Positions 46,019-56,423 of a stretch of 59,658 nt of DNA are shown piece after piece. Each line of letters starts with the position of its first letter. Within the stretch, counting starts at the first letter, position 1. Source of the stretch: Acidimicrobiaceae bacterium (GTDB lineage: Bacteria; Actinomycetota; Acidimicrobiia; Acidimicrobiales; Aldehydirespiratoraceae); contig PBTQ01000053.1 in NCBI GenBank assembly GCA_002729125.1, positions 1 to 59,658 on the forward strand. The letters are read 5' to 3'. A program made the position numbers and the translations under genes. Below the pieces are notes generated by a model. That model saw only the letters and a program-made list of their open reading frames with translations, was not told the DNA's origin and did no database searches.

Positions 46019-47989
46019 ATGAGCGACGTGATCTCCGTACAGCTGCCCGATGGTTCTTCTCGTGAAGTCCCGGCCGGCACGACGACGTACGAGCTCGCGT
46101 GCTCCATCGGCCCCCGTCTCGCCAAAGAAGCGGTAATCGGCGTCGTTGACGGTGTCGAGGTCGACCTCGACGTTCCGCTCTTCGACGGCGCGTCGGTCGA
46201 GATTGTCACCGGCGACACCGAGCGTGGCCTGCACACCATCCGGCACTCGACCGCCCACGTGATGGCCCAGGCGATCCTCGACCTGTACCCCGGCACGCAG
46301 ATCGCGATCGGCCCACCGGTCGAGTTCGGCTTCTACTACGACGTGGAACTGCCCGAGGGCAAGACCCTCTCCGACGATGACCTCGCCCAGATCGAAGCCC
46401 GCATGCAGGAGATCGTGAAAGCCGACCAGGCGTTCCGACGCCATGAGCTCCGTGCGGCCGAGGCGGCAGCGTTCTTCGCCGACGAGCCCTACAAGGCTGA
46501 GATCATCGAGCGGGTCACGTCTGGCGCTGCCAGCGGTGAGGACGCCGGTGAGATCGGCGGCGGCGACTCGATCAGCTACTACAGCAACGGCGATGGCTTC
46601 CGCGACATGTGCACCGGTCCGCACGTGCCGTCGACTGGTCGCCTCGGCGCGTTCAAGCTTCAGTCGGTCGCCGGTGCGTACTGGCGCGGCGACGTCACCC
46701 GTCCGATGCTGCAGCGCATCTACGGCACCGCGTGGGCCGACCGGAAAGCGCTGAAGACCCACCTTCAGATGCTTGCCGAGGCCGAGAAACGCGATCACCG
46801 TCGTCTTGCCGCCGAACTTGACCTCGTGTCGTGGCCTGACGAACTCGGTCCCGGACTCGCCGTGTGGCACCCCAAGGGCGCGCTGATCCGAAAGATCATG
46901 GAGGACTACAGCCGCGATCGTCACGAAAACGGCGGGTACGACTTCGTGTTCTCACCCCATATTGCAAAGTCGGTGCTGTGGGAGACCTCAGGCCATCTCG
47001 ACTTCTACGCCGATGGCATGTACCCGCCCATGGAGATGGATGGTGCGACGTACTACCCGAAGCCGATGAACTGCCCGTTCCACGTGATGATCTACAAGGC
47101 GAACCAGCGCAGCTATCGCGAGCTGCCGGTGCGCCTGTTCGAGCTTGGCGCCGTCTACCGCTACGAGCTGTCGGGCGCCGTGCACGGTTTGATGCGCAGT
47201 CGTGGCTTCACCCAGGACGACAGCCACATCTTCACCACGCGCGAGGACGTCCAGCGCGAGCTGATGTCACTGCTCGACTTCGTGCTCTCGGTGTTGCGGG
47301 CGTTCGGCTTCGAGGATTTCCAGGCGAAGCTCTCGACTCGCCCGCCCGAGAAGTCGGTGGGTGAGGACGAGTTGTGGGATGAGGCCACCGAAGGTCTTCG
47401 AGCTGCACTCGATCGCAGCGGGCTCGAGTACATCACCGAGGAGGGCGGCGGTGCGTTCTACGGCCCGAAGATCGACGTCGACGTCAAGGACGCCATCGGT
47501 CGGGCGTGGCAGCTGTCGACCATCCAGCTCGACTTCAACCTGCCCGAACGCTTCGATCTCGAGTACGTCGCCAGCGATGGCGAGCGCAAGCGACCCGTGA
47601 TGATCCATCGGGCGCTGATGGGTTCGGTCGAGCGCTTCTTCGGCGTGCTGATCGAGCACTATGCGGGCGCCTTCCCGGCATGGCTGGCGCCTACCCAGGT
47701 CCGGGTCCTCCCGGTCGCCGAGGTCCACGCCGATCACGCGCACGGTGTCGCTGCTCGCTTGCGTTCGTCGGGCTTTCGGGTCGATGTCGTTGGCGCGGTT
47801 GAACAGCTCGGTAAGCGAGTCCGAAATGGCAAGGTCGAGAAGCTGCCCTACATCCTTGTGGTCGGCGACGACGACGTCGCGAACGACACGGTAGGCGTCA
47901 ACAAACGAGGCCACGACAAGCCCGAGCGAGACGTCACTGTCGACGACTTCATCGCCCGTCTGGGCAACGAAGTCGAGAACAAGGTCTGA
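46019..47989 (+). CDS. thrS: Threonine--tRNA ligase
   Basis: TGS domain, RHSTAH, CTGPHV, KPMNCPFH, RGFTQDD, FYGPKID, IHRALMGSVERF. Confidence 0.98.
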   Translation: MSDVISVQLPDGSSREVPAGTTTYELACSIGPRLAKEAVIGVVDGVEVDLDVPLFDGASVEIVTGDTERGLHTIRHSTAHVMAQAILDLYPGTQIAIGPPVEFGFYYDVELPEGKTLSDDDLAQIEARMQEIVKADQAFRRHELRAAEAAAFFADEPYKAEIIERVTSGAASGEDAGEIGGGDSISYYSNGDGFRDMCTGPHVPSTGRLGAFKLQSVAGAYWRGDVTRPMLQRIYGTAWADRKALKTHLQMLAEAEKRDHRRLAAELDLVSWPDELGPGLAVWHPKGALIRKIMEDYSRDRHENGGYDFVFSPHIAKSVLWETSGHLDFYADGMYPPMEMDGATYYPKPMNCPFHVMIYKANQRSYRELPVRLFELGAVYRYELSGAVHGLMRSRGFTQDDSHIFTTREDVQRELMSLLDFVLSVLRAFGFEDFQAKLSTRPPEKSVGEDELWDEATEGLRAALDRSGLEYITEEGGGAFYGPKIDVDVKDAIGRAWQLSTIQLDFNLPERFDLEYVASDGERKRPVMIHRALMGSVERFFGVLIEHYAGAFPAWLAPTQVRVLPVAEVHADHAHGVAARLRSSGFRVDVVGAVEQLGKRVRNGKVEKLPYILVVGDDDVANDTVGVNKRGHDKPERDVTVDDFIARLGNEVENKV

Positions 47990-47992
47990 GTC

Positions 47993-48520
47993 GTGGAGCA
48001 TCTCTGGGCGGGTTGGCGCAGTGCCTATGTCCAAAGGGCCGACGTCCAAGGTGGCGACGACGAGCGACCGGCAATTGACATCGCCGACGACCAGACCCTG
48101 TTCGAGGCGATCCTGCACTCCGGGTATCCCGACTGCGACACGCGGATCCTTTGGCGAGGGGAGCGGGTCTTTGCCATGCTCAACGTCTTCCCTTACACCT
48201 CCGGTCACCTCATGGTGCTGCCCATGCGTGCGGTCGAGCAGCTCACTGAACTCGACGACGCGGAATACGCCGAGCTGTGGCAGGGCGTGCGTCTTGCGAC
48301 GCAGGCGGTCGAGGCGGCCTATGCGCCGCAGGGCATCAACGTCGGCGTGAACCTCGGCAGGGGAGCGGGCGCCGGGATTCCCGACCACCTGCACGTGCAC
48401 GTCCTGCCCCGCTGGGACGGCGACACCAACTTCATGACGGCGATCGCGAACACCCGCGTGATGCCCGAGCCTCTCGCCGCGACCTGGGAGCGTCTCCACG
48501 CCGCATGGCCCAGCGCCTGA
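47993..48520 (+). CDS. HIT family hydrolase (Ap4A phosphorylase-like)
   Basis: LWAGWR, NVFPYTSGHLMV, HLHVHVLPRW; usual position after thrS. Confidence 0.92.
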   Translation: MEHLWAGWRSAYVQRADVQGGDDERPAIDIADDQTLFEAILHSGYPDCDTRILWRGERVFAMLNVFPYTSGHLMVLPMRAVEQLTELDDAEYAELWQGVRLATQAVEAAYAPQGINVGVNLGRGAGAGIPDHLHVHVLPRWDGDTNFMTAIANTRVMPEPLAATWERLHAAWPSA

Positions 48521-48551
48521 CACCTGGCCCGCATGGGCCTAGCCTCGGGGC

Positions 48552-49115
48552 ATGGCCGAACATGGCGACGTGGCGAAAACTAGCGACGAACACGACGACG
48601 GTATCACCGGCCCCGATGACGTCGATCTCGGCGAGATCCGGGACGAACTCCCCGCTGACCTTGACCCGTCCCAGGTCACGGCGCCGTACCTCTTCCCCAA
48701 CAACAGCCGTCGCAAGATTCCGGCGGTGCTCTACACGCTGATCGGCATTGGCTGCATCATGTTGTGGCAGACCGCCGGCGATGACGCCGTGCTCGTGAAC
48801 GGTGGCTTCGGTGTCGCCGGTATCGTGTTGATCGTCGTCGGGCTCTACCACTGGCAGGGCGGCTGGGATCTCTCGTTCGACGAGGAGCAGGCCCTCGGTG
48901 CTGCCGCCGAAGAGGTCGGGTTCCCGGCCGGACATGCGTCGGCGCAGCTGGGGTGGCGTGGTCTGCGCAGCCGCCCAACCTGGCGCATCCTGCTCTACAG
49001 CAACGAGAAGGTCCCCGAGAAGCGTGGCCTCGTGCTGGTCGACGGCGTGAACGGCGAGATCATCGACCGCTTCGTTGAGGACAATCCCGAGGACTGGTCC
49101 GGCTACGACACGTAG
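48552..49115 (+). CDS. Hypothetical two-TM membrane protein
   Basis: Two hydrophobic segments; C-terminal PTWRILLYS...LVDGVNGEI (PepSY-like strand pattern); TAGCCT 6 nt before ATG. Confidence 0.75.
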   Translation: MAEHGDVAKTSDEHDDGITGPDDVDLGEIRDELPADLDPSQVTAPYLFPNNSRRKIPAVLYTLIGIGCIMLWQTAGDDAVLVNGGFGVAGIVLIVVGLYHWQGGWDLSFDEEQALGAAAEEVGFPAGHASAQLGWRGLRSRPTWRILLYSNEKVPEKRGLVLVDGVNGEIIDRFVEDNPEDWSGYDT

Positions 49116-49199
49116 CTGTGATGTGACCCTTGTCCTGCCCTCAACGGCCGATCCGGGCCCAACTGTTACCCTGAACGGAGCAACCCGGGAGGGGTTCAC

Positions 49200-49895
49200 A
49201 TGTTTGACGGCAACTTGCGCGCTCAGGTCGACCGGGGTCTGACGCCCATCGGCCGCAGCCTCGTCAAGACCGGAATCACGCCCGACGTGATCACGGTGAT
49301 CGGCATCGTGATGTCAGGCGTTGCTGCGGTGACCATTGGTGCAGGGTACCTGCGCGTCGGTTTCTTGTTCTTGCTGCTCACCGCCATCCCCGACGCACTC
49401 GACGGAGCGGTGGCCCGGGCCGCGGGTACCGGCTCGAAGCGCGGGGCCTATTTCGATTCGGTGAGCGATCGACTCACCGACGGGATGCTCTTCGGAGGTG
49501 TCGCCTGGCACCTTGCGAGCACCGAACCGGGCCGCGTCATGATGCTGCCGGTGACGATCATGGGTCTCGCCATGTTCATCTCGTACCAGCGAGCCAAGGC
49601 CGAGTCGCTCGGCTGGGATGCCAAGGGCGGCATCATGGAACGTGCCGAGCGCATCGTCGTGCTCGCCTTCGCACTGCTGTTCCCGGAGCTGATGATCGTC
49701 ACCCTCTGGGTGATGCTGGTCCTCACCGCCATCACCGCCGTCCAGCGGTTCGTGAAGGTCTGGAAGCAGGCCACTGCTGAGCACGATCGTCCCGCCCCGG
49801 CCCGCGGGGCTCGGCGCCGGCCGCGCACCCGCACCTCGGTCGAGCCGCTGTGGCGTCAGCGCATGCGCGAGCGTCGCGAAGCCCGCAACGGCTGA
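49200..49895 (+). CDS. pgsA: CDP-alcohol phosphatidyltransferase (phosphatidylinositol phosphate synthase)
   Basis: TPDVIT, DALDGAVAR...GAYFDSVSD, SYQRAKAE, ERAER; PIM operon context. Confidence 0.9.
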   Translation: MFDGNLRAQVDRGLTPIGRSLVKTGITPDVITVIGIVMSGVAAVTIGAGYLRVGFLFLLLTAIPDALDGAVARAAGTGSKRGAYFDSVSDRLTDGMLFGGVAWHLASTEPGRVMMLPVTIMGLAMFISYQRAKAESLGWDAKGGIMERAERIVVLAFALLFPELMIVTLWVMLVLTAITAVQRFVKVWKQATAEHDRPAPARGARRRPRTRTSVEPLWRQRMRERREARNG

Positions 49896-49912
49896 GCGTC
49901 GCAACCTGAACC

Positions 49913-50833
49913 ATGGTCGGCGTTGCGGCCTACAAGGCTGGTTCCTATCTGGCCCGCACCGTCCCAGACGGCGTTGCCACGAGTGTCGCCCGCGCCGGCG
50001 GTTTTACTGCGGGTTTGATGGCCGGCGACGCCGGCACGGTCGTCGGCCGCAACCTCGAACGCGTCTACGGCCGCCTGCTCAGCGATACCGAGAAGAAACG
50101 GAAGATCGCTGAGACGTTTGAGTGGTACGGCCGCTACTACGTTGAGTCGTTCCGCCTGCCCAACGTCAGCGTCGACGAACTCGACCGCGGCTTCTCCTAC
50201 GACGGGGTCGCGTCTATCGAGGCCAACTGCGGACCGGGCAAGTCCGGCGCAATCCTCGCCCTGCCTCACCTCGGAACGTGGGAATGGGCTGCGTTCTGGC
50301 TCGCCCGTGTCATCAAGGTGAAGGTGACGGCGATCGTCGAGCCGTTGCAGCCGCCCGAACTCTTCGAGTGGTTCGTCGGATTGCGCGAGTCGCTCGGCAT
50401 GGAGATCCATCCACTTGGCCCCGATGCGGGCAAGCAGATCATCGATGCCCTCGGCCGCGGCCATCTCGTGTGCCTGCTCTGCGACCGCGACCTGCAGGGC
50501 AATGGTGTACCCGTCGAGTTTTTCGGCGAAAAGACGACCCTTCCCGGCGGTCCGGCTACGATCGCGCTCCGCACGGGGGTGCCTTTGATGCCGGCGGCGG
50601 TGCCGTGGCGCAACCACGCCCGTCACGGATGGTGTCGCCCTCCGCTGAAGATCGAGCGCACGAAGGGTGTGCGGCTGCGCGACGACATTCAGCGTGTCAC
50701 CCAGATGATCGCGGACGAGTTCGAGATCATGATCCGGGAGACGCCCGAGCAGTGGCATCTACTCAACCCCAACTGGCCGAGCGACTACGAGGCGCTCGGT
50801 CGTGAGATCCCCGAACACCTCCGGGACCTCTGA
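49913..50833 (+). CDS. patA: Phosphatidylinositol mannoside acyltransferase (PatA-like)
   Basis: RYYVESFRLP, PHLGTWE, LCDRDL, VEFFG, PEQWH. Confidence 0.88.
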   Translation: MVGVAAYKAGSYLARTVPDGVATSVARAGGFTAGLMAGDAGTVVGRNLERVYGRLLSDTEKKRKIAETFEWYGRYYVESFRLPNVSVDELDRGFSYDGVASIEANCGPGKSGAILALPHLGTWEWAAFWLARVIKVKVTAIVEPLQPPELFEWFVGLRESLGMEIHPLGPDAGKQIIDALGRGHLVCLLCDRDLQGNGVPVEFFGEKTTLPGGPATIALRTGVPLMPAAVPWRNHARHGWCRPPLKIERTKGVRLRDDIQRVTQMIADEFEIMIRETPEQWHLLNPNWPSDYEALGREIPEHLRDL

Positions 50834-50862
50834 GCGGACCTCCGTCTGCCAGACTCAGAACC

Positions 50863-51945
50863 ATGCGGATCGGGATCATCTGCCCCTACAGTCTGACACT
50901 CCCCGGCGGCGTGCAGATGCAGGTCCTCGGCCTGGCCCGGGCGTTGCGCAAGCAGGGAGAGCGAGTCCGGGTGCTCGCCCCGTGCGATGGCCCACCCCCC
51001 GACGCTGGAGTCACCCCGCTCGGCAACAGTCTGCCGACGGCCGCCAACGGCTCGATTGCCCCGGTCGCTCCCGACCCATCTGCTCAGTTGCGGGTGATTC
51101 GGGCCATGCGGGACGAGGACTTCGACGTCATCCACCTCCACGAACCGCTGTCGCCCGGGCCGAACCACACGGCTCTGCTCACTCGTCCGGCTCCGCTGAT
51201 CGGCACCTTCCATGCTGCTGGCGGCAGCTTGGCCTACGACATGATGCCGCGGGCCACTCGCTTTCTGGCCGGCCGACTCGACGATCGCTGCGCCGTGAGC
51301 GAGGACGCTAAGAAGATGGCCCAGGAGGCCCTGGGTGGGCACTACGATCTTACGTTCAACGGGGTCGAGCTCGCACGGTTCGCGTCGGGTACACCGCATC
51401 CGACGACCGGCCCGACGATTTTCTTCCTCGGCCGTCACGAACCTCGCAAGGGCCTGAGGGTTCTGCTCGACGCGATGTCGCAGCTTCCTGCCGACACCCG
51501 TCTGTGGGTCGCAGGGGAGGGGCAGGAGACCGACGAACTCGCGGCCGAGCACGCCGGCGACCACCGCATCGACTGGCTCGGCACCATCTCCGAGACCGAA
51601 AAGATTGCCCGTCTCCGTGGTTCCGACGTGTTCTGTGCGCCCTCACTCGGTGGTGAGTCGTTCGGTATCGTGTTGCTCGAGGCGATGGCCGCCGGCACGG
51701 CTGTGGTCGCCGGCGACATCCCGGGCTACGCCAACGTCGCTCGCCAGGGCCGCGACGCCTTGCTGGTGCCGCCGAACGATGCCCGCGAGTTGGCTCAGGC
51801 CCTCACCGCCGTTCTTTCCCGGGCAGACGAGAGCGAGCGGCTTGTCGAATCGGGCCTGAAGCGAGCCGAGGAGTTCTCGATGGCCCGCCTCGCCCAGCTC
51901 TATCTTGGCCGGTACGAGCGCCTCGCTGCCGGTGCTCCTCGCTGA
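50863..51945 (+). CDS. pimA: Phosphatidyl-myo-inositol alpha-mannosyltransferase (GT4)
   Basis: MRIGIICPYSLTLPGGVQ, HLHEP, EPRKG, GESFGIVLLEAMA. Confidence 0.9.
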   Translation: MRIGIICPYSLTLPGGVQMQVLGLARALRKQGERVRVLAPCDGPPPDAGVTPLGNSLPTAANGSIAPVAPDPSAQLRVIRAMRDEDFDVIHLHEPLSPGPNHTALLTRPAPLIGTFHAAGGSLAYDMMPRATRFLAGRLDDRCAVSEDAKKMAQEALGGHYDLTFNGVELARFASGTPHPTTGPTIFFLGRHEPRKGLRVLLDAMSQLPADTRLWVAGEGQETDELAAEHAGDHRIDWLGTISETEKIARLRGSDVFCAPSLGGESFGIVLLEAMAAGTAVVAGDIPGYANVARQGRDALLVPPNDARELAQALTAVLSRADESERLVESGLKRAEEFSMARLAQLYLGRYERLAAGAPR

Positions 51946-52028
51946 CTCGGGCCGGCCGTGGCCAGGCGAGCGTCGTTCAGCGATACATTGATCGTCTGCG
52001 TGGCGGGCGCTGCGCACGAGAGGAAACC

Positions 52029-52577
52029 ATGGTCATCTGGATCATTCTTGGCATCATCGTCGTGCTGGCCGTCTATGTGATCAGTCTCTACAACAAACTC
52101 GTGAAGTTGCGGAACCGCATCGAGAATGCGTGGGCCCAGATCGATGTTCAGCTCAAGCGTCGCTGGGATCTCATCCCGAATCTCATCGAGACGGTCAAGG
52201 GGTACGCCTCTCACGAGAAGGAGACCCTCGAGTCGGTCATCGCCGCCCGGAACGTTGCCACCACGGCATCGGGCCCGCAGCAATCCGCCGGCGCTGAGAA
52301 CATGCTCACCGGTGCGCTGCGCCAACTCTTCGCCGTCAGCGAGGCCTACCCGGATCTCAAGGCCAACCAGAACTTCTCCGAGCTGCAGGAAGAGTTGACC
52401 GGCACCGAGGGACGGATCGCTTACGCCCGTCAGCACTACAACGACCAGGTGCTGAAGTACAACACTGCGATCGAGACCTTCCCTGCCGTCATCCTCGCCG
52501 GTCCGCTCCGCTTCACCGAGCGTGAGTACTTTGAGGCCGATGACGAGAGCCGCGGCAACGTCCAGGTCGAGTTCTAG
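52029..52577 (+). CDS. lemA: LemA family protein
   Basis: N-terminal TM; YNKLV, QIDVQLKRRWDLIPNL, EAYPDLKAN, RQHYN. Confidence 0.95.
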   Translation: MVIWIILGIIVVLAVYVISLYNKLVKLRNRIENAWAQIDVQLKRRWDLIPNLIETVKGYASHEKETLESVIAARNVATTASGPQQSAGAENMLTGALRQLFAVSEAYPDLKANQNFSELQEELTGTEGRIAYARQHYNDQVLKYNTAIETFPAVILAGPLRFTEREYFEADDESRGNVQVEF

Positions 52578-52596
52578 GCCGACCGGAGCCCTGTTC

Positions 52597-53301
52597 GTGC
52601 CCACTATGTCGTCCCGCACGCTCGCAGCGATTCCTGCGGCACCGCTTGGCTTGATTGTAGCGATCGTCTTGGCCGTGGTTATCCATCCCGTGGCTGGGTT
52701 CGTGCTCGGTGTTGCCGCCGGTGCTGCGCTTTTCTTCTGGGTGCTCAACGGCGCCGTCGGCCCTGCGCTTCGTGCGCTCGGGGCCTTCCCGCTCAACGAG
52801 GGAAGCGAGCCGCGACTGGAGAGCCTTGCCGAGTCGATCTGTGCTAGCCACGGCATCGCGGAACCGATCCTCTACGTCGTCGAGAGTTCAGCGATCGACG
52901 CCGCTGTCGTCGGCAAGCCCGATGACACCCATCTCATCGTCACCCGCGGTGTGCTCACCAAGCTCGAGCGGTTAGAGATCGAAGCGGTCATCGCCCGCCA
53001 GATGACACTGTTTGGCAACGGTGTTTCGGCGGCCACGACGCTTGCGTCGCCGGCCCTCGGCCCGGTCGCCGCTGGCTTGCGCAAGCGGTTGCTCGACGAT
53101 CGGCGGCTCGTGCGGGCCGACTTCGACGCCGTCGGCGTTACCCGTTACCCGCCGGCGCTCGCGGCCGCATTCGAGAAGGCCGTCGAGTCGGCCCGGATCA
53201 GCCACAACGCGAGGACCAATCATCTCTGGATGATCGGGAGCGGTACCGATTCGATCCAGCCCGAGATGGGCGAGCGAGTCGACGCGCTTCGAGAGCTCTA
53301 A
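52597..53301 (+). CDS. HtpX/M48-like membrane protein lacking the HEXXH motif
   Basis: PILYVVESSAIDAAVVG, IVTRGVL..LERLEIEAVIARQMTL, ADFDAVGVTRYPPALAAAFEK, QPEMGERVDAL; follows lemA. Confidence 0.78.
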   Translation: MPTMSSRTLAAIPAAPLGLIVAIVLAVVIHPVAGFVLGVAAGAALFFWVLNGAVGPALRALGAFPLNEGSEPRLESLAESICASHGIAEPILYVVESSAIDAAVVGKPDDTHLIVTRGVLTKLERLEIEAVIARQMTLFGNGVSAATTLASPALGPVAAGLRKRLLDDRRLVRADFDAVGVTRYPPALAAAFEKAVESARISHNARTNHLWMIGSGTDSIQPEMGERVDALREL

Positions 53302-53537
53302 ACGCATTCAAGTTTGAGCGGCATTCGTCGACGGCGGCCCGCTCACCGCCATCTGGAGCGACTGGGGGGCCTTGCGACGAATGACGCAACGGCTTTTCCG
53401 CCCCGGCTGGTGGTGCCGAGATTGTTCGAGAGCTTGGCACGACGTGAATCACGCTCCTGCCCAAGGACAACGAAGAGTTCGCCGTCAACCGGGCGTCCCG
53501 AGGTCTCGTCCTGAGGACTGATGAGTAGACTCGGACT

Positions 53538-54443
53538 ATGACCGACCAGTCTATTCCCAGTAGGGAGCGATCAACCGGTAGCCCTCTTGTCAAGCGTGGG
53601 CTCGCCGAGATGCTCAAGGGCGGCGTCATCATGGACGTCGTCAACCCCGAACAGGCTCGTATCGCCGAAGATGCCGGCGCCGTGGCCGTCATGGCGCTCG
53701 AACGCGTGCCCTCTGACATCCGCAAGGAAGGTGGCGTCAGCCGCATGTCCGACCCGGAGATGATCCAAGGCATCCAGGAGGTCTGCTCCATCCCGGTGAT
53801 GGCCAAGGCCCGAATCGGCCACTTCGCCGAAGCGCAGATTCTCCAGTCGCTCGGCGTCGATTACATCGACGAGTCCGAGGTCCTCACCCCAGCCGACGAG
53901 ACCCACCACATCGATAAGTTCGCGTTCGACGTGCCGTTCGTGTGCGGCGCCACCAACCTCGGCGAGGCGCTGCGTCGCATCAGCGAGGGTGCCTGCATGA
54001 TCCGATCGAAGGGTGAGGCCGGCACCGGCAACGTGGTCGAGGCCGTGCGCCACATCCGTTCGATCAACGGCGACATCCGCAAGATCACGCAGGCCGATTC
54101 TGCTGAGCTGTTCGAGTGGGCTAAGCAGCTGCGTGCGCCGCTGCCGCTGATTCAGGAGATCGCCGAGACCGGTGAGCTTCCTGTCCCAGTGTTCTGCGCA
54201 GGTGGCATCGCCACCCCGGCCGATGCTTCCCTCGTGATGCAGTTGGGTGCGCAGGCCGTGTTCGTCGGATCTGGCATCTTCAAGTCTGACGAACCGGTCA
54301 AGATGGCCAACGCCATCGTCGAGGCCGCCACCCACTACCAGGATCCACAGATCCTGGCGAAGGTGTCGACCGGTCTTGGTGATGCGATGAAGGGCCTCGA
54401 GATGGCGACGCTCGAAACCAAACTCGCCGAGCGGGGTTGGTGA
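53538..54443 (+). CDS. pdxS: Pyridoxal 5'-phosphate synthase lyase subunit
   Basis: [49 protein letters not shown]. Confidence 0.97.
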   Translation: MTDQSIPSRERSTGSPLVKRGLAEMLKGGVIMDVVNPEQARIAEDAGAVAVMALERVPSDIRKEGGVSRMSDPEMIQGIQEVCSIPVMAKARIGHFAEAQILQSLGVDYIDESEVLTPADETHHIDKFAFDVPFVCGATNLGEALRRISEGACMIRSKGEAGTGNVVEAVRHIRSINGDIRKITQADSAELFEWAKQLRAPLPLIQEIAETGELPVPVFCAGGIATPADASLVMQLGAQAVFVGSGIFKSDEPVKMANAIVEAATHYQDPQILAKVSTGLGDAMKGLEMATLETKLAERGW

Positions 54444-55075
54444 CCAGGCCGGTCACGGTTGGTGTCCTGGCGCTACAGGGCGCCTTCGCTGCGCACCTCT
54501 CGATCCTTCGGGTTCTCGGTGTCGAAGCGCGCGAGGTCAAGACCAACGAACAGTTGGCGTCGGTCGATGCGCTCGTCATTCCGGGCGGTGAGTCCACCAC
54601 GATGTCGATGCTGCTCGTGAAGGGTGACATGCTCGCTCCGCTCCGTCAGCGGGTGGTCGACGGCATGCCGGTCTTCGGTACATGTGCGGGCATGATTCTG
54701 TGCTCGGAACGGATCGAGGACGGCCGCCCCGACCAGCACTGCCTGTCAGCTCTTCCGATCGTGACCCGACGCAACGGGTACGGCCGTCAGATCGATTCAT
54801 TCGAGGCTGAGCTCGATGTCACCGGGCTCGATGAGCCGTTCCATGGTGTCTTCATTCGAGCCCCGATCGTCGACTCGGTCGGTGACGATGTCGCCGTGCT
54901 CAGCGCCGTCGACGGGCAACCCGTGCTCTGTTCGCACGGTCCCGTTACCGTGGCATCGTTTCATCCGGAGCTGTCGGGCGACTCCCGACTGCACCGGCGT
55001 TGGTTGATCGACGCCGGGCTCCTCCCCGAGAGTCTGGCGGAGGCCAGCGACGAGACAGCGGAGGTCACGCCGTGA
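54440..55075 (+). CDS. pdxT: Pyridoxal 5'-phosphate synthase glutaminase subunit
   Basis: GVLALQG, PGGESTT, GTCAG, RNGYGRQ, FIRAP, FHPE. Confidence 0.96.
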   Translation: MTRPVTVGVLALQGAFAAHLSILRVLGVEAREVKTNEQLASVDALVIPGGESTTMSMLLVKGDMLAPLRQRVVDGMPVFGTCAGMILCSERIEDGRPDQHCLSALPIVTRRNGYGRQIDSFEAELDVTGLDEPFHGVFIRAPIVDSVGDDVAVLSAVDGQPVLCSHGPVTVASFHPELSGDSRLHRRWLIDAGLLPESLAEASDETAEVTP

Positions 55076-55821
55076 GCGGTCATTCCAAGTGGGCGACGAT
55101 CAAGCACAAGAAGGGTGCGGCCGACGCAAAGCGCGGCAAGCTCTTCGCCAAGCTGATCAAGCAGGTTGAGGTCGCAGCCCGTCAGGGCGGCGGCGATCCT
55201 GACGCCAACCCGACGCTGCGCACCATGTTTCAAAAGGCGCGCGACAACTCGGTGCCGCTCGACACGATCGAGCGAGCCGTCAAGCGCGGTACGGGCGAAC
55301 TCGAAGGCGTCAACTACGAGACGATCACCTACGAGGGCTACGCGCCGGGTGGGATTGCGCTGTTGATCGAGTGCCTCACCGACAACCGCAACCGCACGTC
55401 CGGCGACGTCCGCTCCACCCTGTCGAAGAACGGTGGTTCGCTTGCCGAGCCCGGCGCGGTGTCGTGGCAGTTCGAACGCAAGGGCGTCATCCTCGTGCCG
55501 TCGTCGGTAGAGGAGGAGGAGGTCATGCTTGTAGCACTCGATGCGGGCGCTGAAGACATCATCGACGAGGGAGAGATGTGGCGGGTCACCACCCCGCCTT
55601 CGGGCCTTCCGCAGGTCCGTGAGGCGCTCGACGAGGCCGGCATTGCAGTCGAGTCGGCCGATCTCGCCATGCTCCCGACCTCCACCGTTGAGGTCACCGA
55701 TGTCGCCCAGGTGAAAGGGCTGATGAAGCTTATGGACCTGCTCGACGATCTTGACGACGTGCAGGATGTGCACGGCAACATGGACGTCAGCGACGAACTG
55801 ATGGATAAAGCGTCGACTTGA
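55072..55821 (+). CDS. yebC: YebC/PmpR family protein
   Basis: [35 protein letters not shown]. Confidence 0.96.
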   Translation: MSGHSKWATIKHKKGAADAKRGKLFAKLIKQVEVAARQGGGDPDANPTLRTMFQKARDNSVPLDTIERAVKRGTGELEGVNYETITYEGYAPGGIALLIECLTDNRNRTSGDVRSTLSKNGGSLAEPGAVSWQFERKGVILVPSSVEEEEVMLVALDAGAEDIIDEGEMWRVTTPPSGLPQVREALDEAGIAVESADLAMLPTSTVEVTDVAQVKGLMKLMDLLDDLDDVQDVHGNMDVSDELMDKAST

Positions 55822-55904
55822 ACGACGTCGTGGCGAGGTTGATGGTCACACCTGCCGCATTGGCTGGCACCACCGGTTCTCGATGACCCGCTAGGGTCGT
55901 ACAC

Positions 55905-56423
55905 ATGTTCGTGTTGGGGATCGACCCAGGGCTTTCCCGTTGTGGGTACGGCTGTGTCGAGCACGGCCGCACGCCTCGTGCTGTGGCCGCCGGCGTAATC
56001 CGCACCGACCCGGCGCTCGATCTTCCGCACCGGCTTGCCGAGGTTCAGTTGGAATTGCGAGCGCTGATCGCGGAACTGCGCCCCGACGTGGTGGCGATCG
56101 AGCGGGTGCTGTTCCAGCACAATGTCTCGACTGCAATGGGCGTCGGGATGGCGAGTGGGCTCGCAATGGCTGAGGCCGTCGCTGCGGGTTGCGATGTCGT
56201 CGAGTATTCGCCCAACGAGATCAAGCAAGCGGTCGCCGGCTCCGGATCGGCCGGCAAGCACGAGATCGGCGAGATGGTGCGGACGCTCCTTAGCCTGCCC
56301 AAAGCGTTGTCCCCGGTCGATGCCGCTGATGCCACCGCCGTGGCGCTGTGCCACCTCGCCCGGGTTCCTGGCCGCCGTGCCCGTGCGGCCGTCGCCGCCT
56401 CCCAGAAAGCGAGTGCGTCATGA
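55905..56423 (+). CDS. ruvC: Holliday junction resolvase
   Basis: LGIDPG, AIE, EYSPNEIK, DAADA. Confidence 0.96.
   Translation: MFVLGIDPGLSRCGYGCVEHGRTPRAVAAGVIRTDPALDLPHRLAEVQLELRALIAELRPDVVAIERVLFQHNVSTAMGVGMASGLAMAEAVAAGCDVVEYSPNEIKQAVAGSGSAGKHEIGEMVRTLLSLPKALSPVDAADATAVALCHLARVPGRRARAAVAASQKASAS

Noticed and set aside
53505-53537. CTGATGAG as a hammerhead ribozyme core
   Set aside because: The required GAAA after stem II is absent, and the segment overlaps the pdxS -10 (TAGACT).
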